Source: Paraspadella gotoi (lineage: Eukaryota > Animalia > Chaetognatha). From it: a DNA stretch of 64,000 bases. The stretch covers positions 491,523-555,522 of the forward strand of contig CM119267.1 of NCBI GenBank assembly GCA_051294375.1. Reading direction: 5' to 3'. The position numbers were made by a program, and so were the translations under genes. The notes under the pieces were generated by a model. That model ran no database searches. It was not told where the DNA came from and saw only the letters and a program-made list of their open reading frames with translations. This document shows, piece by piece, positions 24,370 to 37,244 of this stretch; positions within the stretch are counted from its first letter, which is position 1; each line of letters begins with the position of its first letter.

Positions 24370-24806
24370 ATGCCGATATTCGTGGAAGAGGAGGATCTCG
24401 CGCAGATCGGACGTCCTTGCGACGCGTTGAGGATCGACTTAAAGAACTGCCTCGTGGAGAGCGATTGTTGTCGGGTGAGGAGATTTTCGGCCGGCGAATT
24501 ATGCCAAAAGCCAAAAAGAAAATACTTTTATACTAGTTGGCAAAAAAAGCCCCGCACAAAAGATGCCAGTAACAAATAATACATAGTTCATAACCCTAGT
24601 CCCACTCCTACGTGAGTTTTAAACATTAAGTTTCGTCTTCGTCGAAGGTTCTCCGCATGACGCCCCGCGAGTGTCTGCTGAGCAAGGATCCCGCCGTCAT
24701 GGAATCGATGCCATCGCAATGTCGCCAACTGCGTCAAGCGTTTTTCGAGTGCAAGAGATCCTTGCTGGACATGAGGACGAGATTCAGAGGGAGGAAAGAA
24801 GGTTGA
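24370..24806 (+). CDS. COA5: Cytochrome c oxidase assembly factor 5 (Pet191); exons 24370-24474, 24648-24806
   Basis: CDALRIDLKNCLVESDCC...TPRECL...CRQLRQAFFECKRSLLDMRTRFRGRKEG*. Confidence 0.92.
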
Positions 24807-25022
24807 CCATCGAGAATTAAGGAGGAAGATTCTTTGGGTTTTTTTTATTAATTTGTTAACTTAAATACACAAACATTTCGAATTGTGATTGTTCTATTTT
24901 TTTTTTTTTTTTTTTTTTTTTTGCAACGATGACCAATTGGTCAGTTTTTATTGCAAATCGGTTTTTGACTTTTTTGCCAGATTTGTTTTTCTTTCAAGTA
25001 ACGTTAATTTAGAAGCGAGAAA

Positions 25023-26086
25023 ATGGTTCGACCTTTGAATAACAAGAAAATCGTCAAGAAGCGAACGAAAAAGTTCATCCGGCATCAATCAGCCGATTTT
25101 CTCAGGGTCAAACCCAACTGGCGGAAACCCAAGGTCAGTTCAGTTTTACTTTAATTTTAAATAAATAACTACCCAAACCCTAAACCACCCTTAAACCCTC
25201 TTCAAACCCTCCTCAGTCCTCACCCCAGTCGGCGAGTGTAAAATTAAGACCAATTTAATTTAACATATTTGCTGCTTCAATCAGAAATTTTCCAAATGAT
25301 TCTAATTTTCGCAATAGATTTAAATTGTTGTTTTTCGTTCAGGGAATCGATAATCGCGTTCGGCGTCGTTTCAAGGGTCAGTATAAGATGCCCAACATCG
25401 GCTACGGGAGCAACAAGAAGACGAAACACATTTGCCCCAACGGATTCAAGGTCATTTAGTGGATGATGATAATTTTATAGTGCGAAGTATTATATAGTAT
25501 TTCTCGATCTAATACGTAAAGGAGTGGTCTTTTCATACAATTGAAACATTCTTTGAAACATTACATTGTATACCACTTCATTGATAGGGAAGCCAGGTTC
25601 ACTGGGAGTGAATAAACGAGACTGTAAGAGAGTCTTGATCGAAAGAATGCAGAAACCTGCTATGTTATTATGTCAGGAACAAGCTCTTGTAAGTGTGATG
25701 GAGTCCTTAAACCACCAAAGCCAGGGACAAGATAGCTTATTTATTAAATGAATGGATAATTTTTATATTGGTTGTACCAATTTCATAAAATTACTCGTTC
25801 TTTTAGTTCCTTTACATTCTAAAAATATTGTGAGAAAATGAAAAGAGAAAGAACGATAACGTAACGTTTCCTCTTCCTTTTCTCCCCCCCCCGCCCCCCA
25901 AAGAAATTTCTGGTCCACAACGTCTCGGACCTCGAAGTTCTGCTGATGCAGAACCGCGTCTACGCCGCCGAGATCGCCCACACCGTCTCCTCGCGAAAGC
26001 GGAAGACGATCGTGGAGCGGGCCAAGCAGTTGGACATCCGGGTGACCAACGCCAACGCGAGACTCAGATCCGAGGAGAACGAATAA
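25023..26086 (+). CDS. RPL32: 60S ribosomal protein eL32; exons 25023-25133, 25343-25450, 25904-26086
   Basis: [53 protein letters not shown] and [10 protein letters not shown]. Confidence 0.97.
25528..25790 (+). repeat. Dispersed intronic repeat family A, apparently full-length copy (RPL32 intron 2)
   Basis: Imperfect terminal inverted ends (tttcatacaattgaaac / gtaccaatttcataaa); homologous to five other intronic copies. Confidence 0.7.
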
Positions 26087-26707
26087 AGACACCGACGATG
26101 GAGAGTTGTTGTTGTTGTTGCCGGAGTCCTTCTCTCGATTCCTTTCCGGATTCAAGTTTTTTGTTTTTGTTTTTGTTTTTTTTTTCGAAGAATTTTTTGT
26201 TTGGTTAAATTCATAATGTTTTCTCGAATCTAAATTTGTGTTTAAATCAGATGTTATGCTGCAGCTTCCATTTCCCTTGATTTTATTTTCTATTTCTAGG
26301 AAATCTCGATTTGTTTCCTTTGTCTCTCGAAACTTTTAATCTACGCGCAATCGGGCGTCGCGCAATTTACCCACGTATTCATACTTTCACACACACACAC
26401 ACAAAAAAAAAATAAATAAAAAACGCAAAGAAAAAAACAAAAAATATTTCCCTAGACATAGTTGCGTTTTAAATTTCATTTGAAAGAACAGTAATATATC
26501 TCTAGTTGAGTACTTAGCTATCTCGTTAACACTTTTTATATTTAGAGCAATATTTCTGAAAATTCAAAGTAATTTTATTTGGTTTTTTTTTTTTTAAAGT
26601 AAGACGATTTCTCGTCATATATATTTCCAGAGCAAGGGCGGACTTAACTAGGGACCGTATTTAATTAAAATCCCAATTTTCAACGAAGCAAAATTCGCTG
26701 AGCGAAA

Positions 26708-28540
26708 ATGACCAAAGTCAACGGCGCGGCAGACTCGGCCCCCGCCCCCGCCTCCAAGAAGCGGCGAATCTCGACGGAGCCTTCCGCCGTCGACGCCGTT
26801 GTCGAGGAAGAGAAGCTGGTCGTCAAGGACGAAGTGGGCGTGGAGGAAGGGATGGAGGTAGACTTCACCACCGCCGACAAGGAGGCCATCGGATCCCACA
26901 TCAAGGATTGGCAGGCCGAGGTCCACTCCCTCGAGCATCTCGTCCACCACCTCTTCGAACACGCCGTGGGCAACTACACCAGCGACTCAGAAGTCAAGGG
27001 CGAGAAGACCTGGAAGGAGCAGGCGCTGGACCTGGAATTTCGCTTGGCCTCGGCTCCTGACAAAGTCTTCAAGGCCCACTCTTTTATCGTCGCCTGTCGT
27101 AGCTACGAGTTAGAGTCGCAGATCCAGCGCCTGGCGGCAGAGGGAGGACCGCGCCCGATGAAGATTAATGTCCCGACGGAAATCCCGCCCGAAGTCTTCT
27201 CCGAGTTTCTCCGCTTCCTTTACACCTTCAAGTGCGAGATCACACCCTCCAATGTCTCTTCGCTCCTCCTAACGGCCGACCACTATCAGGTCAAGAGCCT
27301 TCGCAAGGCCTGCGGCGAATTCCTCTACGCCCAGGTGCAGGTCAAGGAGGAGAACGTCTTCGAGATCCTCACTAACGCCATGGAGTTTCATCTCGACGAC
27401 ATCAAAGAGCGCTGCATGGACATCATCATGAAGAATACATCCGTCTTCACCGACAAGTCCATCTTCTCGAGGATGAAGCCGACCCATTTGGAAGAGATCG
27501 TCAAGCTCAACGTCCTCCCGCTAAACGAGGAGAAACTCTTCGAGTTCATCGTCAAGTGGAGCGCCTACATGAAGGACCCCGTCGTCGTCGTCGCTTCTCA
27601 GCCGCTGCCGGAAGTCAACGGGGCGACGGACGACGCGGAAGCCGAGAAAGTCGAAGGAGCCAAAGGAGAAGGAGAGGCCGTCAAGGCCGAGGGAAAGGGG
27701 TCGGCGGAAGGAGAGGGCGGCGCCGCAGCTCCGGAGACCGCCCCCAGCGACGCTGCCACCACCACGGGCACGGCGGAAGCCAAGCCCGTCGTCACCCGGC
27801 GCGAGAGCATGCGCGGGGAAGAGTTGAAGGCGCTTTTGGTCAACGTCTTATCGCACGTGCGCTTCCCCGTCATGTCGGCCGAGTTCTTCGTCGACACGGT
27901 CGTCCCTCTTAAGATCCTCTCCATGGAGGACGAGTGGGCCATCTTCCAGGACATCGCCTCCCGGAAGCACGTCTCCTCCGTCTCGCGCTTCGTCGTCGAC
28001 CCTCGCGAGCAGGTCAAGGCCGCCTTCAAGGTGTCCATCGAGGCGGGCAAGTCCAAGACGTCCGTTCTCAATACCAAGCGGCTCAAGTGGAGCTTTTCCT
28101 TCTTCACCAAACCCCACCGCTTCTACCGCGAATACAACTACGAATACTGCCGCGTCTGCCGCCAGAACCCGCGCCACGAATGCTACTACTACAACATGGA
28201 AGTCACAGTCGACAACATCGCCGCCGGCCGCAAGGAGACCGACTCCTGGCAGTGCGAGCTCGAGAGTCTCGAGGTCCGCCTCCTCTATCCAACCCATCGC
28301 GCCGCCTCGGCCAAGGGCGCCGACCTTAAACACGACGCCGACGGAACGGCGCCGCAAAAGAGCAAGACCATCTACGGACCCGTCAGCTGGAAATTCGACG
28401 AGAACAAGTCGCTCTTCAAAGTGCAGGAGCTCGTCGACTGTCACTACTACCACCCTGAGCACACCGACGGAGTCTTCCTCGACAGGGGCTTCCTCTATAT
28501 GGAGGTCATTTTCAAGGCAAAGGACAAGACGACGCTGTAG
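26708..28540 (+). CDS. BTB/POZ-BACK domain protein, single exon
   Basis: FKAHSFIVACRS, PEVFSEFLRFLYT, ADHYQVKSLRKAC, EEKLFEFIVKW and HVRFPVMS. Confidence 0.85.
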   Translation: MTKVNGAADSAPAPASKKRRISTEPSAVDAVVEEEKLVVKDEVGVEEGMEVDFTTADKEAIGSHIKDWQAEVHSLEHLVHHLFEHAVGNYTSDSEVKGEKTWKEQALDLEFRLASAPDKVFKAHSFIVACRSYELESQIQRLAAEGGPRPMKINVPTEIPPEVFSEFLRFLYTFKCEITPSNVSSLLLTADHYQVKSLRKACGEFLYAQVQVKEENVFEILTNAMEFHLDDIKERCMDIIMKNTSVFTDKSIFSRMKPTHLEEIVKLNVLPLNEEKLFEFIVKWSAYMKDPVVVVASQPLPEVNGATDDAEAEKVEGAKGEGEAVKAEGKGSAEGEGGAAAPETAPSDAATTTGTAEAKPVVTRRESMRGEELKALLVNVLSHVRFPVMSAEFFVDTVVPLKILSMEDEWAIFQDIASRKHVSSVSRFVVDPREQVKAAFKVSIEAGKSKTSVLNTKRLKWSFSFFTKPHRFYREYNYEYCRVCRQNPRHECYYYNMEVTVDNIAAGRKETDSWQCELESLEVRLLYPTHRAASAKGADLKHDADGTAPQKSKTIYGPVSWKFDENKSLFKVQELVDCHYYHPEHTDGVFLDRGFLYMEVIFKAKDKTTL

Positions 28541-28697
28541 GACAGAAAGAGAGGAGAGGGGAGGAAGAACGGGATCCAAAAAGGGACAACGGATGGTCAG
28601 AGGAGTCGGAATGGAAACTCTCTCGCTTTTCTTCATTTCTGATGCGAATTTTCTCTTCAATTCTAATTCGTTTCGTCTTCTTACTAATAACTCATCT

Positions 28698-28880
28698 CTC
28701 CACTTCTAATTCGACGCTCCACTTCTAATTCGACGCTCCACTTCTAATTCGACGCTCCACTTCTAATTCGACGCTCCACTTCTAATTCGACGCTCCACTT
28801 CTAATTCGACGCTCCACTTCTAATTTGACTCTCCACTTCTAATTTGACGCTCCACTTCTACTTCGACGCTTCTCTAATTT
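28698..28880 (+). repeat. 19-bp tandem repeat (~9 units) in the 3' UTR or spacer
   Basis: Head-to-tail ctccacttctaattcgacg units. Confidence 0.9.
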
Positions 28881-29946
28881 TGACTTCTCGTATTCGAAGG
28901 AACTTTGATATCACGGTCGCGACAACGCACGACTCTGACTTGAGCTGAGGTTCACCCTTGAAAATATTTTATGTTGAGAAAAAGAAAGACCAAATCCGAG
29001 TTTTAAAAATTTCAGAGAAAGTGTAAACGAGGAAATTTTAAAATTTAAAAGAAAGAAGAAAAAAAAAGTAGTGATAGAAATATTTAAAAGAACCGTGACT
29101 TTCGAGAATCCCCCCTTCCCTTTCTCGTCCGCCGTTACCCGCGATCCTGGGCTGCCACCCTGCCTGCCCCCCCCCGTGGGACCTCATCATTGACTTTCTT
29201 ATCAACTGCACTCTGCACCAGTTAAATTTCGACTTTCGACGAATTTCCTACTTCCGAGGCGGCATCTCTCTCTCTTTCTCACTTTCTCTCCCTTCGTTTT
29301 CCAACGCCTAACTCGTGACTGTGGCTTTAAAAGTGACGAGGATTTTTTTCCTTTCTATTTAATTCAACGAAGCAAATATAAATAGTAATAAACAAAAGAC
29401 CCTCGTTTTTTCTCTGATGAAAAAAAAAACTCTTGAATAGAATCGAGTTTTCGTTTGTTTTTTTTTTTTTATTATTATTATTAATTTCCGTTTTTCGCTT
29501 TTCATTTATAGATGTTAATAAATTTCCAGTAATGCGTTTTTTTTTGGTTGTAAAGTGACCTTTTCTTTTTCGTATGCAATTGAAAATCAACTTGCTTCTT
29601 ATTTTTCAATAACCAAATAACAACGAGTGTTTCATAAATCTATACGTAGTTTACATACTTGTTTACCGTCTGTAGGTTTCTCTTCTGTGTCTTAAAAACA
29701 TTCCACTTGAAAAACCATTGAAGGTGAGTGAAATTGATAACTTAATTTGAGGCAAAGGTTGAACTTTTGAAAAAGAAATCTAATGATCGTTTTTCTAATT
29801 CAAGTAAATTATTCAAATATTTTAAAGGAACAAAACGGCTTACTTCAAAATTATTTGTCAGAAACGTCGACAACTTCTAACGCTTCTTATTCTTTACGAT
29901 TAATTAATCTTTTCCACATCCATTCTTTGCAGATTGACGTGTAATC

Positions 29947-30417
29947 ATGGCCGAGGTGCTAATATCCGAAGGTAAGTTCTACTAATAAATATGAAAAAAA
30001 TATCGATTGAGGCGAAGTTGTCTGCCTATTTTGTTCTCCTCTTCATCCTCCTAACCAAAGGTCTCGAAGATGTCGTGGAAGCCTCCGAGGATGACTCGAC
30101 GAGCCGCTCGCCCTTAACCGGCGACGTGAACGATGCGCTCAATCGGGTCGTCGATCGCGTGAAGATCAAGGACGGCATCGACATCGAGGCCTTGAGGCGC
30201 GGCGGCGACACAATCTTCGAGATCGACGACGCCGCAATCGAGGTCAGGTTTTTTCCTCTTTGGGTTTTTTTTTCGCTTTTTTTTTTTGCTTGCTTGTATT
30301 TGTCTGCGTCATTATTGCTTGTTTTTTCTGTTTTTTCTTGCTTTTCACTCTACTAAATTGCTAATGTTTTCTTTTTAATAGCATTTTATCTTCCATTGAT
30401 TTTTTTAAAAATTCGGT

Positions 30418-30468
<51 letters not shown>

Positions 30469-33400
30469 CTCTCTCTCCCTCCAGAAAACTCGGGAAGAAT
30501 TCAAAGAGGAATTTCGTCAGGCGAACCAGACTTGCTACAGTCAGGCGTTGATCGAGAACAAGGACCTTCTTAAGGACCTCGACTACGACGGTCTGGGCGG
30601 CTACGGCCTCGGACTCGCCGGCGACGAGGACAGCGACTGCGACGGCCTCCAGCCGTTCGAGGTGTGGCAGAGTTAGAGAGTTACAGAGACAGTATTTCAT
30701 TATAAGAATTATAATTTCATTTGTAAAGCGACATTCTACAATTAATGACTGAATATCATTTGTGAAACTCGTTGATTATCAAACATTGTCAAAGGTGTTC
30801 CTAAAATAAATATCGATTGTTTATATTTTTAAAGACTTTTACAAAAGGTAAATAAGGTCGACGGACCACGACGAGAGTTTATGTCCAACACTAAAACAAC
30901 TAAGAAAACTAAATCACAATTTTTAAGAAATAGTTTTAAAAATAATTACAATATGCAAATAAGAATGAGGAGCTCGTCCTCATTTGAAATGAATCAAAAG
31001 TTACTTTACTTTGAATCAATTATTTTTTTCAATCTTTCAACCTTTCCCCACTCGCCCTTCCGAAGACGCTCGCCAAGAAGATGGAGCCTTTGACCGCCGA
31101 CGGTCTCGTCAAGAAGCGGACGAAGCGTCCGGGTGGAGGCGACCTCGTATGCGAAGGTGCTCTCGTCCAGCTCCACTACAACGGTTACCTCGAGCACCAC
31201 GACGAGCCCTTCGACTCCACCAGGCTGCGCAACAAGGTTGAGAAGGTCGTCCTCGGAAAGGGAGCGCTTATCCCGGGTGAGTGTTGGATATTGAACTGGG
31301 TGAGAGGTTGTATGTAACGTTAAATGTAACGATAAATAAAAAATAAGAGTTAGTAAAGTCAAGGGAGAAAATTTTGCTTGAGAACGTTTAAAGACGGCGA
31401 AGAGAAAAAAATTAGATTGAATTTCACTTTCCCCGCTTTTCAGGATTGGAATTGGGTATTCGTAGCATGAAAGCCAAAGAAATCGCCAGTTTTCTCATCT
31501 CTTACGAGTACGCCTGGGGAGAGATGGGTTGCCCGCCGCGCATCCCCGAAAAGGCCACCGTTTTTTTCGAGGTGGAACTACTTTACTTTCACAACGAAGC
31601 CGTCGTGAGTATCTCTCCCGTTTTAGTTTCCTCTTTTATTATTTTGCCGCGAATACTCGGATGATCGACTCTTTCGATCTTCAGATACACGATTTCGACA
31701 ATTTGATGGATCCCGATGAGAGAAACAAGTTTTGCCGCGTTCACCCGGCGGCGGTGGAAAGAAAGAAGGAAGGCAACGATTACTACAGCAGGAAACTCTA
31801 CGCCAAGGCGGCCACGCAGTTCAAAGTCGCCGTCGAGTGAGAGTCCGGGGGAAGGGGAGCGGGGTTCTATCTTGAACGACTTGGGGGGGGGGGTGTTACT
31901 GTTAGGTCTCGATGAAATACAATGTAAAAGATGCTCTTTTTTTTGTATTCGTCGCCTCTAATTTATTATTCGATATTCTTGATGGTCGTTAAAAATTCAC
32001 GGCATCGTTTTTATTTTCCAATCGAACCTCCAATCGATGAGCGGGGCCGGTGAAGAGTTAAGAAAATTTAAAGGGTGGGGGCTTACAATCGTTACTTTGT
32101 GTACTAGATTGGCAGTGTCGGTGAAGAGTTAAGAAAATTTAAAGGGTGGGGTATGGCGGTATATTCACACCGCCTCACGTCCACCATCCTTCAGCCAAAT
32201 CCATTGGCTCAGAGGGGGAACACACCATCCCAAGCTTAGTGTTCCATCCACAGTCCTAACGACTTCCCTCTGCGTTGGCAAAGCGAGACCGTCCCAGGGT
32301 AACCGCGCCAGTGACTGGAGGCGTCACTGAGGGTCGGAAGCCCCCAAAGCCAACAGTGAGATGCCCCATCCCAATGGGCATCACAGGCAACCCGGCTGTT
32401 GCCATAGGGGCTTACAATCGGCCCTTTGCGAAACGGCTTTTGGTGTAAAATTGCCAATAAAGCTTATGAGACGTCGAGCTCACCTGTGGTGTTGGACTAC
32501 AGTCGCATCCGTAGTTCTGAACCTTGTATATTTAATCAGGCGATGATTTAACACCAAAGTGTCATCACTAGTGTTATTAAAAATACCATCAAGGGTAATA
32601 GAGTAAATGCATTATCGAGAATTATACCCCCCCCCTCCCCGTTCACCAATTTGGCAGCGACTTGGAAAAATGCAATCTGGCCGACGAAGAAGAGCAGAAG
32701 GAGCAGGTGAAGCTTCTCTTCGCCCTCTACAAGAATCTCGCGGTTGTGAGTATTAAGCAGAAGAAGTATCACCGGGCGATCAAGTACGCGACCAAGGGCC
32801 TCGACGCGGGACCCGACGCTCAATATAAGAAAGATGCAAAGTGCAATTATTTGGCCGCCAAGGCCAATCGGCTCATCGGCGAGTTCGACATGGCGGAGAT
32901 GTACATCAAAAAGTGAGCGAAGACGAGTTAAAGGTGATATTTGTCGAGTCAATCATTAATTGCCAACGCGACAATCTTATCCAGAGCGTCCAAGGGAAAA
33001 CCTCAGGACAAGGACATTCAACAAGAAGTCAAAAACCTCAACGAAGACAAATTGCGTCACAAGATGACGGAGAAGGTCCTCGCGCAGAGGATGATTCTGC
33101 CCAAAGAAGAACAAACTACTCTAGAAGGTAGCGAGGATTTGGTCTTGTTTTTTTTTTGCTAGTATCAACCTCGGGCTTAATCGCTTACTTTCATTAATAT
33201 ATTATTAATATTTTCCAGAACTGGAAAGGGCCCAGTCAGCGCCGTGGATCAGCGACCCTGATTCCCTCATTCTCTACATGACACATCTGGAAAAGTTTTT
33301 CGCCGACGACGAAAATAAAGTTTATAAAGTCTACAAGAGTAAAATCGAAACGGAAGCCGTGAGTCCAAATCGGCGAGAGGGGGGGGGGAATCTTTTATTT

Positions 33401-33567
33401 CTTTTAATATTTGGTTTAGTTTATTCGCGAATTGTTTCGATTTCGTCTCGCAGGACGTGCAGATCTGGGAGGAGGCCGCTCGACGCCAAAACCTCTTCGT
33501 CATCCAACGACCCACGCAGAAGGAGTGGAAGATGAGGATCGGACGCGAACCCCCGACCGAGTCTTGA
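29947..33567 (+). CDS. FKBP6: FKBP-TPR protein FKBP6/shutdown-like (piRNA co-chaperone), ~10 exons
   Basis: HYNGYLEHHDEPFDSTRLR and YAWGEMGCPPRIPEKATVFFEVELL, followed by TPR segments (KKEGNDYY, LYKNLAVV, KCNYLAAKA). Confidence 0.8.
32152..32406 (+). mobile_element. 255-bp solo-LTR-like element with a 4-bp TSD (GGGG) in an FKBP6 intron
   Basis: A near-identical reverse-complement copy lies at 63347-63601. Flanks are gggg|tatggc...gccata|gggg, and the uninterrupted target aagggtgggggcttacaatc is seen just upstream. Confidence 0.75.
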
Positions 33568-34159
33568 ACGGGGAAACCCCCGGATCCATTCTTAAAATCG
33601 AACGCGTGTTCTGTTGGTTTTTTTCGATTTTGTTATCGTTTGAGTTGTGATTTTACATCATGAATGTAAATTGATTTCGACTTTGATTCCTCTTCCTCGT
33701 ATCAGTTGTTTTATGTCGATAAAAACTATTTAAAAAGATTCCAAATAAAGTTCATCAATTAATACATCAATTCATCATCGATTGAATTTTAAGGATGTTG
33801 CCTTTTGGAGTTTTTATTTCACTAAAAAAAAGTTAGCTACTGCAAATGTAAATGAATTTTTGTCAAGTATTTAAAATTGTTGCTTATACAACTTCACATT
33901 AAAACATCGTTAGTTTTAAACTGAGATTCGTTAATTTGAATTCGTCCAAATTTTTGTAGGGTTTGATACACCCTGTTGCCAATTTTTCGCTGTGCGATTG
34001 CGACGATCCTTACACTTTTAAGATTTTTTTTTATATAAATCTTCAAATTTTGCAGGCGCAATTCTCACCCCATCTGATTATAGACTGTCTCGTTGCGACC
34101 GGACGAACCTGACCGATCGATTTTTCCCAATTTCCTTTTTGTTAATCCCTGAAACAAAT

Positions 34160-35220
34160 ATGGTGAAGGACATCTATCGGCCGAAGGGAAGGCGCACCGC
34201 CTTCATCTTCTTCTCCAAACATTGTCGCGATGAACACAAACGCAAATTCCCGATGCACTCGATCGGCATCGCGGAAATCTCTCGGCGTTGCGGCGAGATT
34301 TGGAAGACCATGACGGATCGGGAGAAGGCGCCCTATTACGAGATGGCTGAGGAGGATAAGGTTCGGGTAGTGAGAAGGCAGAAGATGCCGCCCTATTATG
34401 AGATCGCTGAGAGACGAGGTTGGGTGTAGGCTTTATCACGTGATGGCCGAGGCCGATATGCCCGGGCGCCCTGTTAGAAGAAAAGTGAGTTTCGGGTTCG
34501 GAGAATTCAATAAGATGGGTGGGCCCTCTGACTAGGATTTTAGATAAACATTACGCCCAAGCCTTTCCACTCTTGCCCGCGACCCTCCCAGGTTCGCTAC
34601 GACAGCGAGATGCAAGGGTGGCGACCGGGTCAGATCTACGAGGACGGGCGTGGCGGTCGAGACCCCGACGCCCCCAAGCGGTACATGTCATCTTACATTT
34701 TCTTCTCCAATGATTATCGTCCCATCGTCCGGGAGAAGGATCCAACGTTGACTTTGCCGGAGGTGGGAAATAGGGGATGGCTGATTTAAGTGGGGCGGGG
34801 GGGGGGTGATTCGAAATGCGCGGGTTGAGTCAATTGTACGTGTATGTGTACGTGTATGTGGGTAGCGACTGACTTGTAGAATTTGGGATGCAATTAATTT
34901 TCGAGGTGTCGCGGGTTTTGGGTATCGCATGGAAGAACTTGACGTCCGAACAGAGGGCGCCATACGAAAAGAGAGCCAATGAGGACAAGGAGAGATACAA
35001 CAGAGACATGATGGTCTACGCCGCTCAGAGACGGGCTTCGCTCAAGGTGTTCTAGTCAAACGGAATAATAATAATTTTAGTAATAGTAATGAAAATAATA
35101 ACATAGAATGATAATATTCGTTTAAAAGGCGCCAAACCTGCTGAAGATTCAACGCAAGAAGGTGAAAAAAGAGAAGGGCGCCGGCGACGACTCTGACGAC
35201 TCCATCGAGGATTGCCTTTC

Positions 35221-35253
<33 letters not shown>

Positions 35254-35344
35254 CGACGAGGACGACGATTGGTCCGACGCCTCGCAAATGGACGCCGAGC
35301 AATGGCACCGGAACTACGCCGAGGAAGAGGAGACTTACGAATGA
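34160..35344 (+). CDS. HMGB-like protein (two HMG boxes plus acidic tail), 4 exons
   Basis: Box A RPKGRRTAFIFF...WKTMTDREKAPYYEMAEEDK, box B RDPDAPKRYMSSYIFFS...WKNLTSEQRAPYE, and a poly-Asp tail. Confidence 0.85.
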
Positions 35345-35730
35345 CGAGGGTTGTCGAGAAATAATGGCTGCGATGGATGATGGCGGCGCCTTTGAAAATG
35401 AGACCATGTCTTAAATTAGCTTAACCTCAAATAAAATCGATATCCTCTCAGCCCCGAAAGCCTTCGAATCTCTGAATCCTCGATGTCCATCTCGTTTTTC
35501 TTTTGCGTCGACGTCATCTCTATTAACTGAAAACCGATTTATCGTTGCAAATGATCGCGAAAACCTGTGCAAATTAGATTGAAAGCAACATTTTTTCCCC
35601 CGAATTAACTTTTTCCGTCGAACATTTGTCCTTTTAAATACTATATAGTATATACTGTATTCTGATCAATTTTTTGGCGAACGATGTTTCTCTTTTTTTA
35701 GAAACGACAGACTTTTCAAAAAAACTCTGA

Positions 35731-36972
35731 ATGGAAGAAGTGGAGGAATTCCACGGTTGTTATCTTCTCTCCTGTTTAAACTCAAAGTTCAAAGGTCGAA
35801 CCTACATCGGTTACACAGTGAATCCTGAGAGACGAATCGCCCAGCACAACGCGGGTTCCGACAAGGGCGGAGCCTGCAGGTTCTTTAGATTTCGGGCGGA
35901 CATTGAAGAAGCTCATCTTCCTCTTAAACCTCCTTTCTCTCCCTCTCGCCCAGAACCTCCGGCAAAGGCCCCTGGTCCATGACCCTCGTCGTCCACGGTT
36001 TTCCCAACGAGATCTCCGCGCTTCGTTTCGAGTGGGCGTGGACGTATCCTTTCGCCTCGCGACGCCTGCGCCATCTCTTTCCCGTTCAGTTCCGACGCGG
36101 GACTCACAAGGGCGAGACCAAGTGGGACTATTGCGTCCGCGTCATGTTGACGATGGTTAACACGGCGCCGTGGAATCGTCTGCCGCTCACCGTCAGATGG
36201 CTCGACGACAATTTCAGGTTTATTATTGTGGCGGGGAGGTCGTCTGCGCATGCGTGAATTTTTTGGCAAGCCTTTGTCTTTGGTTGGGCTGAGAGGTGAG
36301 AGTGAGGGAAATTAGAACTAGTGGCGAGATTTAAACTTGATTCCTCTTTTCTTCTTTTTCCTCCTAACTCTTCCCCTTTCCTTCTTTTTCTTATTTTTCT
36401 TCTGTTTCCTTCTTTTTCCTCTTTTTCTTCCCTTTCCTTCTTTTTCCTCCTCATTCCTCCACTTCCCCACTCTCCTTCCTCCTCCTCCCCCTCTCCTTCT
36501 CTTCAGACGCGATTTTCCTCCCGCCCTCCAACCACCCCTCCACATGCCCGTCGCACTCGGTTGGATCAAAGTGACCAAAGTTAAGGACGACGACGGAAGA
36601 AAGAATCGCTACACGAAAAGAAAAGGGAAAAAGTCCAAAGACGTCGACGGTGACGCCCTCCTCCGCCGCAAAACTGCGTCGCGTTGCGCCTCCTGCCGCG
36701 CCGCCTTCTCCGCCGACGACGCCTCCCTCGTTTGTCTGCTGCGGAGCTGCTCTGCCGAGTTTCACAGCGTCTGCTTGGCGAAGCGCTTTCTCGACGCCGA
36801 GGTGGAGCCGCAGTTGATCCCGGTGCAGGGGGCGTGCCCGGCCTGCGGTACGCAGCTGTTGTGGGGAGACTTAGTCCGATTTAAGAGAGGCTGTTATAGA
36901 AGCGAATTGGGTGACGATGAAGAAAGTCCAACTGATGACGGTCATTGGGCGGACGTCTTGAGTCAACGTTAA
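35731..36972 (+). CDS. SLX1: Structure-specific endonuclease subunit SLX1 (GIY-YIG plus C-terminal Zn finger), 3 exons
   Basis: FHGCYLL...[53 protein letters not shown] and [15 protein letters not shown]. Confidence 0.95.
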
Positions 36973-37244
36973 TCTGGACCTCTACTATTTTCTTAATCGT
37001 TGATAACTTAATATCATAATCATTAATCATTAATCAATATCATAATATTATATCGATAACATCGTTTTTTGTTAAAATCGTTATGATTAGTATTAGTATT
37101 ATTCTAACAGAGGGATATCTCTGTTATTATTATTATTAGTAGTATTATTATTATTACTATTTTCTTAATCGTTGTTAAAATCGTTATAATTGTTAGTTAT
37201 TTTTATGATCGCGTCGCTGGTTTATAAAATCTTATTTCTCGGAA

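Noticed and set aside
25455-25530. ATGATGA C-box in RPL32 intron 2 as a C/D snoRNA
   Set aside because: There is no matching CTGA D box or terminal stem before the repeat insertion.
28698-28880. 19-bp repeat as a CRISPR array
   Set aside because: The units are head-to-tail with no unique spacers, the context is eukaryotic and there are no cas genes.
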